Part shown: positions 25,610 through 39,357 of the stretch, in pieces
How positions within the stretch are numbered: position 1 is the stretch's first letter
Layout: each line of letters begins with the position of its first letter
Assembly: GCF_018977255.1 (NCBI RefSeq)
Contig: NW_024704805.1
Coordinates: 62,001 to 126,000 of the forward strand
Source: Callorhinchus milii
Taxonomy: Eukaryota
Length of the DNA stretch: 64,000 nucleotides
Direction: 5' to 3'
Position numbers and translations under genes: made by a program
The notes under the pieces: generated by a model
Database searches by the model: none
The model's input: only the letters and a program-made list of their open reading frames with translations
What the model was told of the DNA's origin: nothing

Positions 25610-25825
25610 TGTTGATGATCTCGGCACTAACACTATGGTGACCAACTCAGCAATAACAACATGGTGACCAGCTCAGCACTGTCACTATGCTGACCAGCTC
25701 AGCACTAACACCATGGTGACCAGCTCAGCACTAACACCATGGTGACCAGCTCAGCACTCACGCCATGGTGACCAGCTCAGCACTGACCCCATGGTGACCA
25801 GCTCACCACTAACACCATGGTGACT
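25610..25825. repeat. 26-bp tandem repeat
   Basis: Unit ggtgaccagctcagcactaacaccat (copies at 25715 and 25741), about 8 copies. Confidence 0.9.
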
Positions 25826-27012
25826 GTGGGAATGTAAGTAGTCTAAGATACGTAAAGTGCAGAGTGTCTAGACTATGATAATGTTAAAGTTGTTTTTTAC
25901 GCAACAACGTAGATAAATTGGAGCAGAACCAATGTCCTTGTCCTGTCCTTTCTGTAAATGTATAACCGAACTTGTGTTGACTGAGCATTGCTTGTCAATC
26001 AACAGCAAGAATTATTTTGAGATACGAGGTGTTCGCAAATAATGATGTATATAAACTGATGGGACTGCCCCATTGGCAGAGGAAGAGTACCGTCTCTTCT
26101 GAGAGACGTGCTATTGTATTGTCTCTCGCTTTCTCTTTCCTTCCTGCAAGGATTAAATAAACTATATTTCTGAGCTAACCCTGTTTCTGAGTGTCCGTTT
26201 AATCCTATCTATAGCGACTACATCCTGGGTTCGACAGACAGGAGCTTCAATCTGTCTGCAACCTTGATTCGGGATTGTCGACGGGCACTGAACTGGGAGT
26301 TTTACTTTGTTTCTTTCCGTGAAATGTGAGTTTTGGTGGTCAGTTTGGTGGGAATATTTAATCTGTTTTGTAAGATATTCAAGCTACCGAAGAGTAATGA
26401 ACCCATTAAGACAAGTGAGCAATCAATCGTTTAATTCGACATCACATCAATTAACACGTAGAAAATATAATTCTTGCAGTTTAAGCATGTTACAACGATA
26501 GGTTACAGGAAAAACGATATGATCCGTTCCTACTCGAGAGCAAATGTGTAATTCGTCTGATCACGTCTCCTGCTTTTGTCGGCTCTAATCTGCATGTGAA
26601 AACTACGCAGCTTAAAGTACAATTGTAGTTTAAATTAAGCAAGGCACTTGCTCTTTTATACCTGCTCTTAAGATGTCCATCTGTTACTTGTGTTTCGTGC
26701 CATGAGATAGTCCGTTGCTTTGCAATAGCTGTTTTGCTTAAAATACCCGACCCTTTGCTCCCTTATCTCTCCCGACCTCTCTTACCTCAACCAATCTTTT
26801 TGGGTTTTGATTGTGTCCCGTTTTGCTTTGTGTTCCGTCCTTGACGATAACTTGTGCGTATACCATTGCTGTTTGGTTCTTGTCGACTGTGAATTAGGGT
26901 TTCTGGCATATCCTGTAATCTCCAAAGCTAACCAGGGAAATCGGTCGCAGAGTGCAGCATTTCCCGATTTCTATTGAAATCAACATTGTATTAGAGTCGC
27001 CGGCAACATTTG

Positions 27013-29673
27013 TTAATTAAATAATTGAACAAATAGATTTAATGGAAACTTCACCAGTTTGTTCAGTTCCTCCCTAAATTTCGTCTGGGAAACCGCGTAA
27101 ATACACGTGTTTGTACAGGAACTCAAAAGCTGCAGCATGTAACCAGTTTGCCAGGTAATATAAACAGGATCCAAAGGGCCTTTGTGGAAATAACTTTTTG
27201 AAAACCTCCAATATATGTAAAATAAAACATACGTCATCCATAATAATATAAAACTGTTTGAAACCGCAAAGAGCAAAGCAATGGATTTCCTTCTGTTCCT
27301 CATCTCCGGATCACTGTCACTCGCTCCTCTATTCATGTCCCCATTACTGTGTCCACGCAATCTTTTCCGGGCTCGACCGGCCACCAGTATGTGCTTGACC
27401 GTCAGTGCATTGAGCAGCAAAATAATGAAGAATGGGAGGATTGGTGTTAAAATTAAAGTAAGCGTGTCAAACGCTTTCCATGCGAGAGAAGTGAAATAGC
27501 TTGTTTTAGGATCGCAACCCCACGGTATATCATTAACTATGTACCGTGGTTTAAACATAAAACCCCAGGGGACGTTTATCAGGAAGCAAAGCACACTCAA
27601 TATCGCTATCACTGCACCAGAAGTTTTTCCTGAGCAATATTTTGTTTTCAGATTTTGGCAACAAATGGCCACATGTCGATCAAAGGTGAAAGCCACAGTT
27701 AACCAGACAGAGATTGACGTTGTCGAAGTAGCCAGTATCATAAGGAGCGCACAAACATGTGTGATGGACACGAATGAATTTGGGAAATGAGGAAGAATTA
27801 CTCGATAGAAAACCACTGATGTGATAATCACCAACAGATCTGCCGTGGACATGGCCACCAGATAGCGAGAGATACATTTGGAGAGTCCGCACCGCCCTCG
27901 AGACAGAATTACAATCGACACCAGGTTTGCTAGAGAGAGAGACAGAGAAATGCCCATCACAACAATACATCAACTTGCATTTACTTAGCAAGTCGCTACA
28001 ATTAATAAAATATCAAGAAATCGAAAGCAGTGGGCTTTCTGATGGCACAACAGTCGCCTTTCTCTGCAACCTCTGAAGCTAACCTTGTAGATTCGATGTG
28101 AGTTGGCACACAATCTGACTCGCAAATGCGTGACATGCAAAGGTGCAACGACAGGGAAAGAGAGAGAGAGATATGGAGACACACGCAGACAGAAAGACAC
28201 AGAGACAAACAAAGAGAGATAGATACAACAATCACTTCGAATGAAATATCGCCCTTCAAGCGTCTTGGGGCGCTTGATACAGACCTGTACAGAGATAACG
28301 CGCCTGTGAGAGAGAGTGGAGTCCTGTAGCACAGTGCTTGGAGTCCTGTATCTCAGCGGTTAGAGCACTCGCTTTGCAAGCGAGAGACCTGAGTTCAATT
28401 CCAGGTAGACGGCGAAACATTGGACAAGTTTCGTCACTCTACACGCCTAATAATAATCCCTCCCAAACCCCGCCAAAAAGCAATTAATTGGTCATTTTCA
28501 ATCTACTACTATTTATGGGTCATTGCTGTGCGCAATTGGCTGCCGCGTTCGTCCACATATATACAGTCAATTCACTTTACAGTGTATTCTATGAAGCGCT
28601 TTGCGAAGTCCTCCCGAAGTGAAAATCGCGATATCAAATGCAAGCCTTATTATTATTATTATTATACAATGACAAAAGATGGCAGAAGAGAAGCAAAGAG
28701 AGATATCTCGTCAGTGACTCCATCATTATTTAAAAGTGTGTATGATTTTTGCATTGCCTATTTGGAGTCTGTACCGTAACTAAAATGGAGTGAAACTGCA
28801 TTAAAATTTCACAATTTCAACGCAGGTTTTCTATACTCTTACGGGTTCTATTTCTCGATCGGAAATGCATAAATAATGCTTGTGCCCTCGATCGCTGTTT
28901 CGCTGTGTGTGTGTGTGGTCTGACGCGGAGGTTAATACAGAAGAACATATGCAGCAGACATTGTCAATCGTTTTTGAAGGGATAACACAAGAGAGATTCA
29001 CTGACACAGAAAGACACTGAGAGAGACAAAAACAATGCGAAAAAAGGAATAAACGCACTCAGAAAGAATGAGAGAGAAAGAGGTGGAGAGAGAAATACAC
29101 TCATGGATAGCGAGAGAGAGCTTCAAAGAGAGAGAGAGACAAGCACAAGCGCATGCAGAGAGATACACACCCAGATAGAGAAACATAGACAGAAAGACAC
29201 ACGCACAGAGACAGAAAGAAATACATATGAAGTTATCCATAGATACAGAGCAATACAGTGAAAGAGAAAGAGAGAATCACAGCGATGGAGACAAGCACGG
29301 ACTGGTAGAGTGTTAAGGAGATACACAGAGATTGATTCAGATACAGAGATATCAATTGAAAGAGCGTGATACAGAGTGAACAGCACACTCTCTGTCTGTC
29401 TGTCAGACAGACAGACAGACACACAGACAGAGAGACACTGCCAGACAGACAGACACTCTGACACACAGACAGACACACGCACAGACACACAGACACAAAG
29501 ACACACAGAAACACAGACAGTCACGCAACAGTCAACAAGAGAGATGGCGAGATACTCAGAGAGAGGCCTACAAAAGTTTAAAGAGATATACATATTTATA
29601 CAGTGTGGGATACAAAGACACCTACAGACAAAGCCAGATACAGACATACACACAGACGCACGGACACACCCAC

Positions 29674-29704
<31 letters not shown>

Positions 29705-31456
29705 GATAGGGACAGAGAGAGAGAGATATTTCTCATTGCTGTAGGTATTATTGTTTGACAATTTGGATATTTTTTTCCGCCTATCTAAAGTTGGAATTGT
29801 AGATCAAATAAAGGTACTCAATTTTAAGATCGGGATTTCTATATAATTCTTATAGGTTATGTTTATGGAAGACAATCATAAAACTGTCCCATATGTGGCT
29901 GACATCGGGCCCTCATTAATAACAAAATTATTAATAATAATTAGTAGAAATGCTTGCATTCGATACAACGCTTTAACGTTTCGCAGTGGGGTCTCAACAT
30001 GGTTCACAACATAACCTGAAAAGTGAATTTACGGTATATTTTGTCGGCGAAATGGGGCAGCGAAACGCACAAAGTTTAACAATCTAAAATTGTGGGTAAA
30101 TTGCCAGAAAACGACACAGGCCAACAGCTTGGACTATCACGGAACGGAACCTCAGCTCAATGAAGTGTTGTGATTTTCAACCCGCAAACTTCTAACTGAG
30201 AGGCAAGAACACCAAAAAATGAGTCAAACTTATGAATAATCATTGGCTAAACTCACAGTTTGAGATAATAATACCAGTTGCGATTTTCCGATCATTTTAT
30301 CTTTTTCCCTCTGTGTAATATATAATAATAATAGTAATTTTCCTTGCATTTGATATGACACTTTTCTCTATTTATAGACATATCAAAAGGCTTCAAATAA
30401 TATATCCATTTACCGAGTAGTACGCAGACACGCGGTTGTTTGTCAAATGGTAGTTCACATTTCCGTGAATAATAATCATTAAAATAAACATCTGGCCGCT
30501 CAATCCATGTTTGTTTGTGATACAATGCAATGCGCAATTGGCTGCCGGGTTTAACCTAAGAGTACAAAGACAATTCTCTGTGCACTATATTCTCTGAAGC
30601 GCTTTGCGATGTGTGGAATACGTACAAAGTGCAATATCAAATGTGAGGAATATTATTAATTTTGTAAAGTGAATTGACTGTACATTTGTGGACGAATCGC
30701 GGCAGCCAATTCCAGCCAAAAATGTGTCACTGACTCTCTTGGATTGATGACATAATTTTTTTAAAGTATCTCCAAAAACCGATCAATCAATCGACTAACA
30801 GTCGGGTTCCAACTTCTTGCTCAGCAAACAGATGCGTGTGAAGTGAATAATGTTGCCCAACATTTCGCGCTCCCGGGAATTGAACCCAGGACTCTCGCTT
30901 GTGATGTTACTGCTTATCCCACCGAGCTACTGAGATCCATTAATATGTATATATTAATAGAACGATGCAGACTGAATGACATTTGATGCGACGCCACCTG
31001 TCGGCGTCGAAACATCCCACAGCTTTTGAGTTTACTGAAAACCACATTTGTTGGCAAACTCGACAATTAAAAGCAGACAAACAGATATAAAGTAAATTAT
31101 GAAGCATATCGCGAAGTTTTTTTTTACAAGTAGTTGTTGCCCAGCCACACTAAAACAAATACTCTTTCTTTTTGAATTGTGCCGCAGGTTATTTAATATC
31201 TGAAGAGTCAAGTTGGACTATTCTTATTAAACTCGTATTCATTTCGCGCCTCCACCAACAAAGATCAGTGGGTCTGGGTCTGCAAACCACATCTTTCTGA
31301 TTCAGAGAAGAAAGTTCTACCAGCTGAGTCAGGCAGCAAACTTTACTGCAAACTAGTCTAACTAACGATTAAGTTAAACAACTTGCCAGGAACTCCAAAG
31401 GCAGCGAGAACCGGATAGTAAATGTTTTGTATCCTGTGTATTGGCGCAATTGTCAT
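27013..31456 (-). CDS. Class A GPCR, GPR139-like; two exons join(31456..31387, 27929..27013), 328 aa
   Basis: Exon 1 MTIAPIHRIQNIYYPVLAAFGVP, GCAAGT donor. Exon 2 ANLVSIVILSRGRCGLSKC..FTFDRHVAIC..SSCTNTCIYAVSQTKFRE. Seven hydrophobic segments, spliced length 987 nt in frame. Family assignment from recalled similarity. Confidence 0.88.
28325..28665 (+). mobile_element. SINE (with duplicated head start) in the GPCR intron
   Basis: Same head, core and tail as the 10515 copy. Confidence 0.8.
28960..29730. repeat. Compound (GA)/(CA)/(CAGA) low-complexity tract
   Basis: Direct reading. Similar tracts at 22080-22400 and 62150-62230. Confidence 0.85.
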
Positions 31457-33372
31457 CTCCACAGTCAACCGATGGTATCTCCTCTCGGTTCAGACAAGAG
31501 ATCAGAATAACTGTATGAGATTCAAGAGCGAAAAACACAGCCTGATTTATACAACGTGAACGCTTGACTCAGAAGATTTATTGCATGATGACTAACGAGA
31601 TTCAGCCATGTGGAAAAGATGTACTCTCCCTGAGCGGTGCAACTTAGGTAAATTAATTATATTTAGCAACTTGATATGACATCCATGCGGAAACCTATCG
31701 CCACGGTTTCGACATCGAGAAGCCACCCTGCGTTCAGGATACCCTGTAAATGCTGTTTGCTGTTATTAAAATATCCAAACCAGGAACAGTGGTCAACATA
31801 TGTAGCCATTTACAAATTTTTATATGTAATAATAATAATGTAAACCACACAGTGTCTGAAATTCAAGGCTCAATCTCTCCCTGGAACTAATTCTGGAGGC
31901 TGTTGGGTACAGGATGGCAAGAAACAAGTCTTTGGTCCCCAGTGAAGGCACTGTTGCAGATCATCGAGCTATGATGCAATGTTTTAGAATAATAACCCAC
32001 AGTTATAATAATGGTCCTCGAATTTGATAAAGCCATTTATCAGGTCTTCGAGACTTCTCGAAACGCTTCGCAAATATATTGCAAAGTGAACTGACTGTTT
32101 TGTTTTGTGTGCGAAATAATTCCAGCATGATATTGGAGGTGATTGACTTCCGACCCCGCAGAGTTGTCGTGTGATGTCATTTAAGTCGTCTAAGTTAATC
32201 TGCGAAATATACATGTGATCAGAAACAATTTCCGATCAACTATTTTTGTTTGAAGAGAACCGCAGAATGGTGGATTCTTGAAGAACTCAAGGAAGCCATT
32301 CGGCCAATCGTGCCAGTGCTGTGCAGTCAAACTTTTACGGGATAATAATTCCTTAAAAAAACGGAAAATGTGTCTCGTAGCCCAAGAACTTTTGTGGGAC
32401 ATTGCTGTGCGTATTTGGCTGATGCATTTCGCCCACAATATATACAATCAATTCACATTGCGATATCAAATGCAACGATAACGTTCTTATTAAATATGCT
32501 CAATGTTATTTATATTTACAATTGTCTTTCAGATCTGACCCATAGAGTTGACGTCAAAGAGAAAACAAGTCAATTCCACTCGCCCAGTCTTTCCCCATAG
32601 CCCTGTAATAGTTTTTTTTCTTTGTAACTAACTGCACAATTACCTTGTGAATACGAAGCCATCGAATCTGGTTCCCACACCCTATTAGGCAGTGCATTCT
32701 GAACCGTAACAAGACTCTGGGTTAGATAAAGTCTCATTGTCTTACCCCGGTTAGTTTGCCAAATATCTTAAAGCTGCAAAATAAATTCAGGAGCTGTAAA
32801 TGCTTTATATGTAAATAAAATGTGACATAGAAATTCCGTTAAGCGGTTGGACTGAAATTCATCACCCGTTCAAATTAAGTTTCACTCGCAAAACATTAAT
32901 TTCAACGCAAAATGTCCCTGAAGTTTAAACAGTTGACGTTCACAGAGATCAAAGGCCTAAAATGCCGTTGATAAAGGGGAAAAACATACTGAGAGAGAGA
33001 GGGATGTCGCAAAGCATTACACATGATGTACTGTTTAGTGTATTGACTGTATCTTTCAGCAGATTCACAGCAACTTAGTTTTACAGTATATTTTGTGAAG
33101 CCCTTTGAAACGTCTCGACGTTGTGATAAGGCGCTACATTAAATCTAAGGATTACTATTATTTATTTTACTCTTTTATCCTGCATGAACCACTCTATCAC
33201 ATTTTGCTTGTGATTGGGAACTAGTCGCCTGTTTCCTATGAGAGACACAGCAGCAAAGTCACAATTTTTGAAATAGGTCAACTGTCAGGAATAACATCTG
33301 TTCTGAGATGAGACTCTTTCTCTCTTCGTTGGAGGTTTATGTACAGTGGTGCAGTCTGACAATAATAGTGTG

Positions 33373-33682
33373 CCTGTGATGGCACAGTAATATGTGACCA
33401 TGTCTGATAGAGCCACGGGGAACACAAATAGAATGGATCTCTTCCTGCTCGTGTCCAGATTTGGCCTTAAACATTGCGTTGCAAATTCAACAGTGAATGT
33501 CTCCCAATCACAATCATGTCTTCTTGTATACAGAGAAGATTCCATAGATACTGACGGTACCAGAATATTAAAACATTGGTGAAATCAGCAGAGTAGGTGT
33601 AGCTCAGGGTCACAGTCGCTCCTTCAATAAAAGATAGTTCCATGCATCTCTTATGGTTCAACAATGACTCCACTCCTCGTCC
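33373..33682 (-). pseudogene. Degenerate TCR V pseudogene
   Basis: CAG|GTRSGVIVEP*..EGATVTLSYTYS..FWYRQY, frameshifts, ..SDMVTYYCAIT. RSS CACACTA-23-ACATAAACC. Confidence 0.85.
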
Positions 33683-34699
33683 CTGTAACCAGAGAGAACA
33701 TGTTATTCGCTGTCACACAAAGCCTAATTGTTTTAAGAATGAGAGAGAAAGACGTAAACATCAGGCCGAATAATAGTGAATTTCACAACGTAAAGGATGA
33801 GCAGCGCAAATGCGCTGCCGTGTTATAGTTCAAAGCACGTAGCAACTCAACTTCAGTGTAAAATCATTTGAAGAGCTTTAAGTTATACTGCGTACCGAAA
33901 AGGGATAATACATAAAAGCTATGGTTACTTCATTCCCAAGATTAATTTTCTATGCTGGGTTGTCAAAAAATCAGCCTGGTGCACTAAAGTAAGTCAAGTA
34001 AGAAACAAGTCTGCTTCAAAGCCCGTACGTTACTTTATTTCAGTTATCCCTTCAATGCCATTTCAAAGCATTGAACATCTTGAATTCTTCAACCGTAAAT
34101 AACATTAAAATAAACCTTGCCTTTGATGGAGCGATTGTGTGTTTTCTAGTGTAGCATGAGTTCCCAAAAAAGAGTCGTGGATTAAGTGCACAAAATGTTA
34201 TTCTTTGCCTTTGGTTTTGCAGCTTTATTACCCTGGAAAATTAACCACCAATCGAAAAACAAACAGTTTGCTACTCGGCTATAGGCGAAAAGAGTCGTGT
34301 GTTTTGTACAATTAAACTTGCAAAACATTTCTCCCTTCCTCGGATTTGAACCCATGTCCAATCGCTTGCGAGGTGAGAAATCTAACCACTGAAGTATAGG
34401 ACTCTATTGACGTTATAATGTAATTTCACAAAAAATCTGTGTGTAAGTGATTATCGTATGTTTTAAAGCGCTGATTTGTGGATCATAATATTAATGTATC
34501 GACCATAAACGTACAGAATTGCGAAGGTTCTCCCTCACTCTATCCAATGAACAATTGGCTGTGGCGCTTTGACGACAAAGTATTTACCCAATTTAGTTTA
34601 ATATGTATTCTGTAAAGCTCATTGAGAGGTCTCAATGAAGTGACAAGGCACGAAGTCAAACGCAAGGAGTATCATACTTGTTATTATATTTTAGCCTCA

Positions 34700-35240
34700 G
34701 CCCACAGGCTCTGGAACTCCATCCCCCAGTGTCTTCGCATTGCTTCCTCCTTTTCCTCCTTCAAGGCCGGTCTCAAGTCCTTTCTCTTCAACCGTGCCTT
34801 CAGCTCCCCTCTCGACTCTCTACCCCCTCCTCGCTCCCTCCTTTCCATCCTCTCACCCTTAACATTTCACCCTCCTCGCTCCCTCCCTTCCTTCCACTCA
34901 CCCTGACAATTTCCCCTCTCCTCGCTCCCTCCCCTCCCCTCACCCTGACCATTTCCCCCTCCTCGCTCCCTCCCTTCCCTCCCCTCACTATCACCATTTC
35001 CCCACTCCTCGCTCCCTAACTTCCCTAACCTCACCCTGACCATTTATCCCCCCCTCGCTCCCTCCCTTCCCTCCCCTCACCCTGACCATTTATCCCCACA
35101 CTCGCTCCCTCCCTTCCCTCCCCTTACCCTGACCATTCCCCCCCCGGCTCGGGTACCGACCCAACTGTCCAGCGCCTTGGGACGTCCTCCCGTTGTGAAA
35201 GGCGCACTATAAATGAAATCTTTTTGTTGTTCTTGTTGTT
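34700..35240 (+). mobile_element. L2-type 3' fragment with expanded ~40-bp minisatellite
   Basis: RLWNSIP..FKAGLKSFLF motif, then repeats of ctcgctccctccc..ctcaccctgaccatt, then the shared tail. Confidence 0.75.
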
Positions 35241-35511
35241 CTTTTGTTAATGTTTTCATCAACATGTCTAACTTCCAAAAACATTCATCTGGATCTGGGA
35301 TATGTTCATAAATAACATTTCAAATATACAGTAAGAAAACTATCACAGATTTAATTGTCTTGATGTGAACTTAATCATGTTCAGGCTACGGTGGCAGTTG
35401 GGAGAGGATTTGTTTAACTGTCTGTCTGTCACCAACTGTACTGTATCCTTTCCCACGTTTTATTATGATGATCGTTATTGTACGAGGCTTCCTATGCTGT
35501 GTATCACTGTG

Positions 35512-35815
35512 GTGCAGACTGAGTGCACAGTGATACATAGCGGAGTCTGTCAGCCGCAGTTCGGCGATGGTTAAAACACTGATTTTCTTGGTACTTTCAA
35601 GAGAAGCAGAAATGTGATCTCCAGTGGGGTTTCCTCCCTCTCCTGAGGGGTTTCTGTGGAGCTGGTATTTCAGTTACTCGCCGGGGGACTGACGGTACCA
35701 GGAGACGCTGAAATGCTGACCACTCAATTCTGAATATCAGCAATAATTTGATCCTCTCAGCAACAAAAGCAGTTTGTTCAGGCGGTCACTGGGAAGCTGT
35801 GTACCTCGTTTCTCC
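35512..35815 (-). pseudogene. Pseudogene copy of the leaderless supporting V-delta
   Basis: Aligns with 36483-36784. Has TCA>TGA, a 2-nt deletion, a second stop and CDR1 Cys lost. RSS CACAGTG(35505-35511)-23-ACAATAACG. Confidence 0.9.
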
Positions 35816-36482
35816 CTGGATTAAATTTCCGGTTTCTTAGTTTCGCAGAATCAGAGAAACATTAAATCACTCCAGTTGATGTAGCTCTTGTCGCATCTTC
35901 CAGACGTCTCAAAACGCCGCACAGAATACAGTACGAATTAAAGTGACTTTGAATTTTGAGGGGTAAACGCATCAGCCGATTGCTTACTGCAGTTTGCCAC
36001 AAGCAGTTGTAGATTGAATGTCTTCAGTATTATCAGCAGTCATATTTTAAAGGACTAATACCCCCGGAAAATCGATGTGTCAGTCGACTAGCATTCGGGT
36101 GCCTACTTTCGGCGAGGAAAATAGTCGCGTGAATGCGACTATATGCATCAAATCCACTTCTCGTTATACTGTGTGAATTACACTGAAATATGTGAATGAC
36201 ATTAAGAGGCGCGATTTTAATTGCAAGAATTATTGTTAGTATTATCATAAATAACTCCCCCCAAAAATTCACCATAATCTAACATCTATTGGTGAAAAAC
36301 TTACCAAATGTAAAGAAACGCATATTTTAATAGATTTGATATGAACTCAATCAGGTGTGAGCTACGGTGGCAGTTGTGAGAGGGTCTGTTACACTGTCTG
36401 TCACTAACTGTACTGTACTGTTTCCAGCTTTGATTGTGATGAGGGTTATTGTACGAGGCTTCCTATGAGGTGTATCACTGTG

Positions 36483-36784
36483 GTGCAGACTGAGTGCACA
36501 GTGATACTTTGCGGAGTCTGTCAGCCGCAGGCCGGCGATGGTTAAAACGCTGATTTTCTTGGCAGTGTCAAGAGAAGCAGAAATATGATCTCCAGTGAGG
36601 TTTCCTCCCTCTCCTGAGCGGTTTCTGTGGAGCAAATATTTGAGTTCCTCGCCAGGGGACTGACGGTACCAGGAGACGCTGAAATTCTGTCCGCAGAATC
36701 CTGAATACTGGCAATTTAAATTTATCCTCTCACCAACAAAAGCACTTTGTTCAGGCGGTGATTGGGAAGCTGTGTAACTCGATC
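36483..36784 (-). CDS. Supporting TCR-delta V of the NAR-TCR cassette (leaderless, CDR1 Cys)
   Basis: CAG|SSYTASQSPPEQ..LNCQYSGFCGQNFSVSWYRQ..DSAKYHCALSLH. RSS CACAGTG-23-ACAATAACC. The phase matches the J donor at 38923. Confidence 0.9.
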
Positions 36785-38009
36785 CTGCGGGAAGCAAATT
36801 ACAGGTTACTTAGAATCATGGCATCATGGAACCTAACCCAACCACAACCATTTCAGGCAGTGCGCTGCAGACTGTAACAACTTTCTTCGCAAATAAATAC
36901 TCATTATCTCACCTCTGGACCTTTTGCCACTTAGCATAAATTTGGGCTCTCTGGTGAGTGAAACGCTGACCAATGAGAATATTTAATATTTATCTGCTCT
37001 GTCAAATCCCCTCGCAAATATGAACACTTCCATCAAATCTCCATTCAACCTTCGGTCTCTAAGCAGAATATTACCAGAGACCCGAGTATCTTCATTTGAA
37101 TGAAACCTCTCGCCCTGGGCATCATTCAATAAAATCAACTTCGAACACTATCCAAGGCCATAGCACACACCCTAACGTGCCGTGAAAGTCTTTATACTAA
37201 ATGTAAGAATCACTGTTCAATCAACAGTAGAAAGAGACGAGGAATGGATAAATTTGGAGTGCTCCTCTACAACAGCTAACGTGTGGCTATTGTTGTGATA
37301 CCATTGATATGATCGCTCATCAATTCAACGTTTAATTAAGCTTTTTTTATTCTTATACTTAGACACCGTAGATCATGGGAATGTTTAGCAGAGAATCAGG
37401 TGTCAGATTGTGCCGTTACATCAGTGGGTTTACAGTTGAGGCAAATGAAAGTTTCCCTTCTGTAAATGCCGTTACGTTAACATCGCTGTTGGAGGAGGTT
37501 CAGTCTCTGATTTGTTGCCAATATCAGTTTCTCTCTCAGTCTGTGAGCTGCTCATTGANNNNNNNNNNNNNNNNNNNNNNNNNNNNNNNNNNNNNNNNNN
37601 NNNNNNNNNNNNNNNNNNNNNNNNNNNNNNNNNNNNNNNNNNNNNNNNNNNNNNNNNNNNNNNNNNNNNNNNNNNNNNNNNNNNNNNNNNNNNNNNNNNN
37701 NNNNNNNNNNNNNNNNNNNNNNNNNNNNNNNNNNNNNNNNNNNNNNNNNNNNNNNNNNNNNNNNNNNNNNNNNNNNNNNNNNNNNNNNNNNNNNNNNNNN
37801 NNNNNNNNNNNNNNNNNNNNNNNNNNNNNNNNNNNNNNNNNNNNNNNNNNNNNNNNNNNNNNNTATCTCTTCCACCCTTTCGTTCTCTCTAAATCGCTTT
37901 TCTTTCTTTCTTCAACTTTCGTATCTTACATATTCAGAAATCGATGCGTATCAGCAAGCTTTATATTAACTTTTATACACTTATTAAATGTATAAAATTA
38001 AATTATATT

Positions 38010-38490
38010 ACATTTATAGAGCGCCTTTCACGTCGGGAGGAAGTCCCAAGGCGCTGGACCAAGTTGGGTCAGGACCCGAGCAGAGTGGAAATGGTCAGGG
38101 TGAGGGGAGGGAAGGGAGGGAGCGAGGAGGTGTGAAATGGTCAGGGTGATGGAAGGGAAGGGAGGGAGCGAGGAGGGGTTAGAGAGTCGAGAGGGGAGCT
38201 GACGGCAATGTGAAAGAGAAAGGTCTTGAGACTGGCCTTGAAGGAGGAAAGGGAGGAAGCAGGCGAAGGCACTGGGTAATAGAGTTCCAAAGTCTAGAGG
38301 CTGAGAGGCTGAAGGACCGGCCACAGATGGAAGGGCGGTTGGGACGGGGGATGTGGAGGAGACCGGAGCCGAAGGAACGGAGGGTACGGGCAGGTATGTC
38401 GGGGGACAGTAGGTCGTAGAAGTAGGAGGAAGCGAGGCCGTGAATGGCCTTGTAGGCGAGGATGAGGATCTGGAATTCGATCCTCTGGGG
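38010..38490 (-). mobile_element. L2-type LINE 3' fragment in the J-to-V intron
   Basis: ORF PQRIEFQILILAYKAIHGLA..RTLRS..GRSFSLSASRLWNS. Confidence 0.8.
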
Positions 38491-38923
38491 CATGGGAGAA
38501 GTTTATATTATATTACACATTGGAGCCAGTTCAGTTTGAAAGAAACCCCACTTATCGGGAAAATTGAGGAGGATAAGGAGTTTTATTATTTCCTTTGACC
38601 CAAGATATCTTGCTTCAAGTAAACTCCGGAATTTACAGTCAACAACTCCTCTGGGTATATCTCTTTGGAAGCAATATCCAGACAAAGTTAGTGACTTTAC
38701 AAAACATAAAATGATAGCTGGTCATTTGAGAAACAGGCTTCATAGTCGGAGCTCAGTGATCCTTTCTACAACACAGAATGCTTTTTTCTTCATAATTGCT
38801 GAAGTGGGTTGTTCGAAAGGCTCAGTTGTAAATAACTGGGAGCTATCACTTAGAATAATACATTTTACAAATAGTCGTGAATACAGTTCCATTTTAGCAC
38901 TAAATAATTGTTTTATCACTTAC

Positions 38924-38979
38924 TTTCCCTTACAGCTAAAATGGTTCCTGATCCGTCTTCTGTGTATTCATCACAATAC
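38924..38979 (-). CDS. J segment of the NAR-TCR cassette
   Basis: G-YCDEYTEDGSGTILAVRE-A|GTAAGT. Upstream heptamer GACTGTG (38980-38986), 22-23 spacer, nonamer near 39009-39018. Confidence 0.85.
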
Positions 38980-39357
38980 CACAGTCACACAACTCTCATC
39001 CTACAGAGTGCAAAACCTGTTGTATCAGATCATGGTTTAATACTGTCACAAATAAAACCAGATGTTGACAGATGGGTCAATAATTTCGATTTGTCCAACA
39101 CTTTCCCATCTTCAGAATTTTATTTGTCCACATGATGATTCCCTTCATTATTTCCACCCAAATACTGACGAAGTTGACGACCCAGCGAACAGCTTTCTGC
39201 AAAATGTATACAAAATGTCAGTTTGAAATAAATAATATTGAAAGCAAACTTTCAAGATATTAAGCAGCATAAAATGGGACACAATTTTCAGTGATCACGT
39301 CTCATGTATTTCCATGAAAATAGCTGTGCGGTATTTGTGCTGTTGTTTTGCACTGTG

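Noticed and set aside
25610-25825. CRISPR-like regular repeats
   Set aside because: Head-to-tail repeats without unique spacers, in a vertebrate genome.
29123-29761. 212-aa Cys/Val/Ser-rich ORF
   Set aside because: Dinucleotide microsatellite translation.
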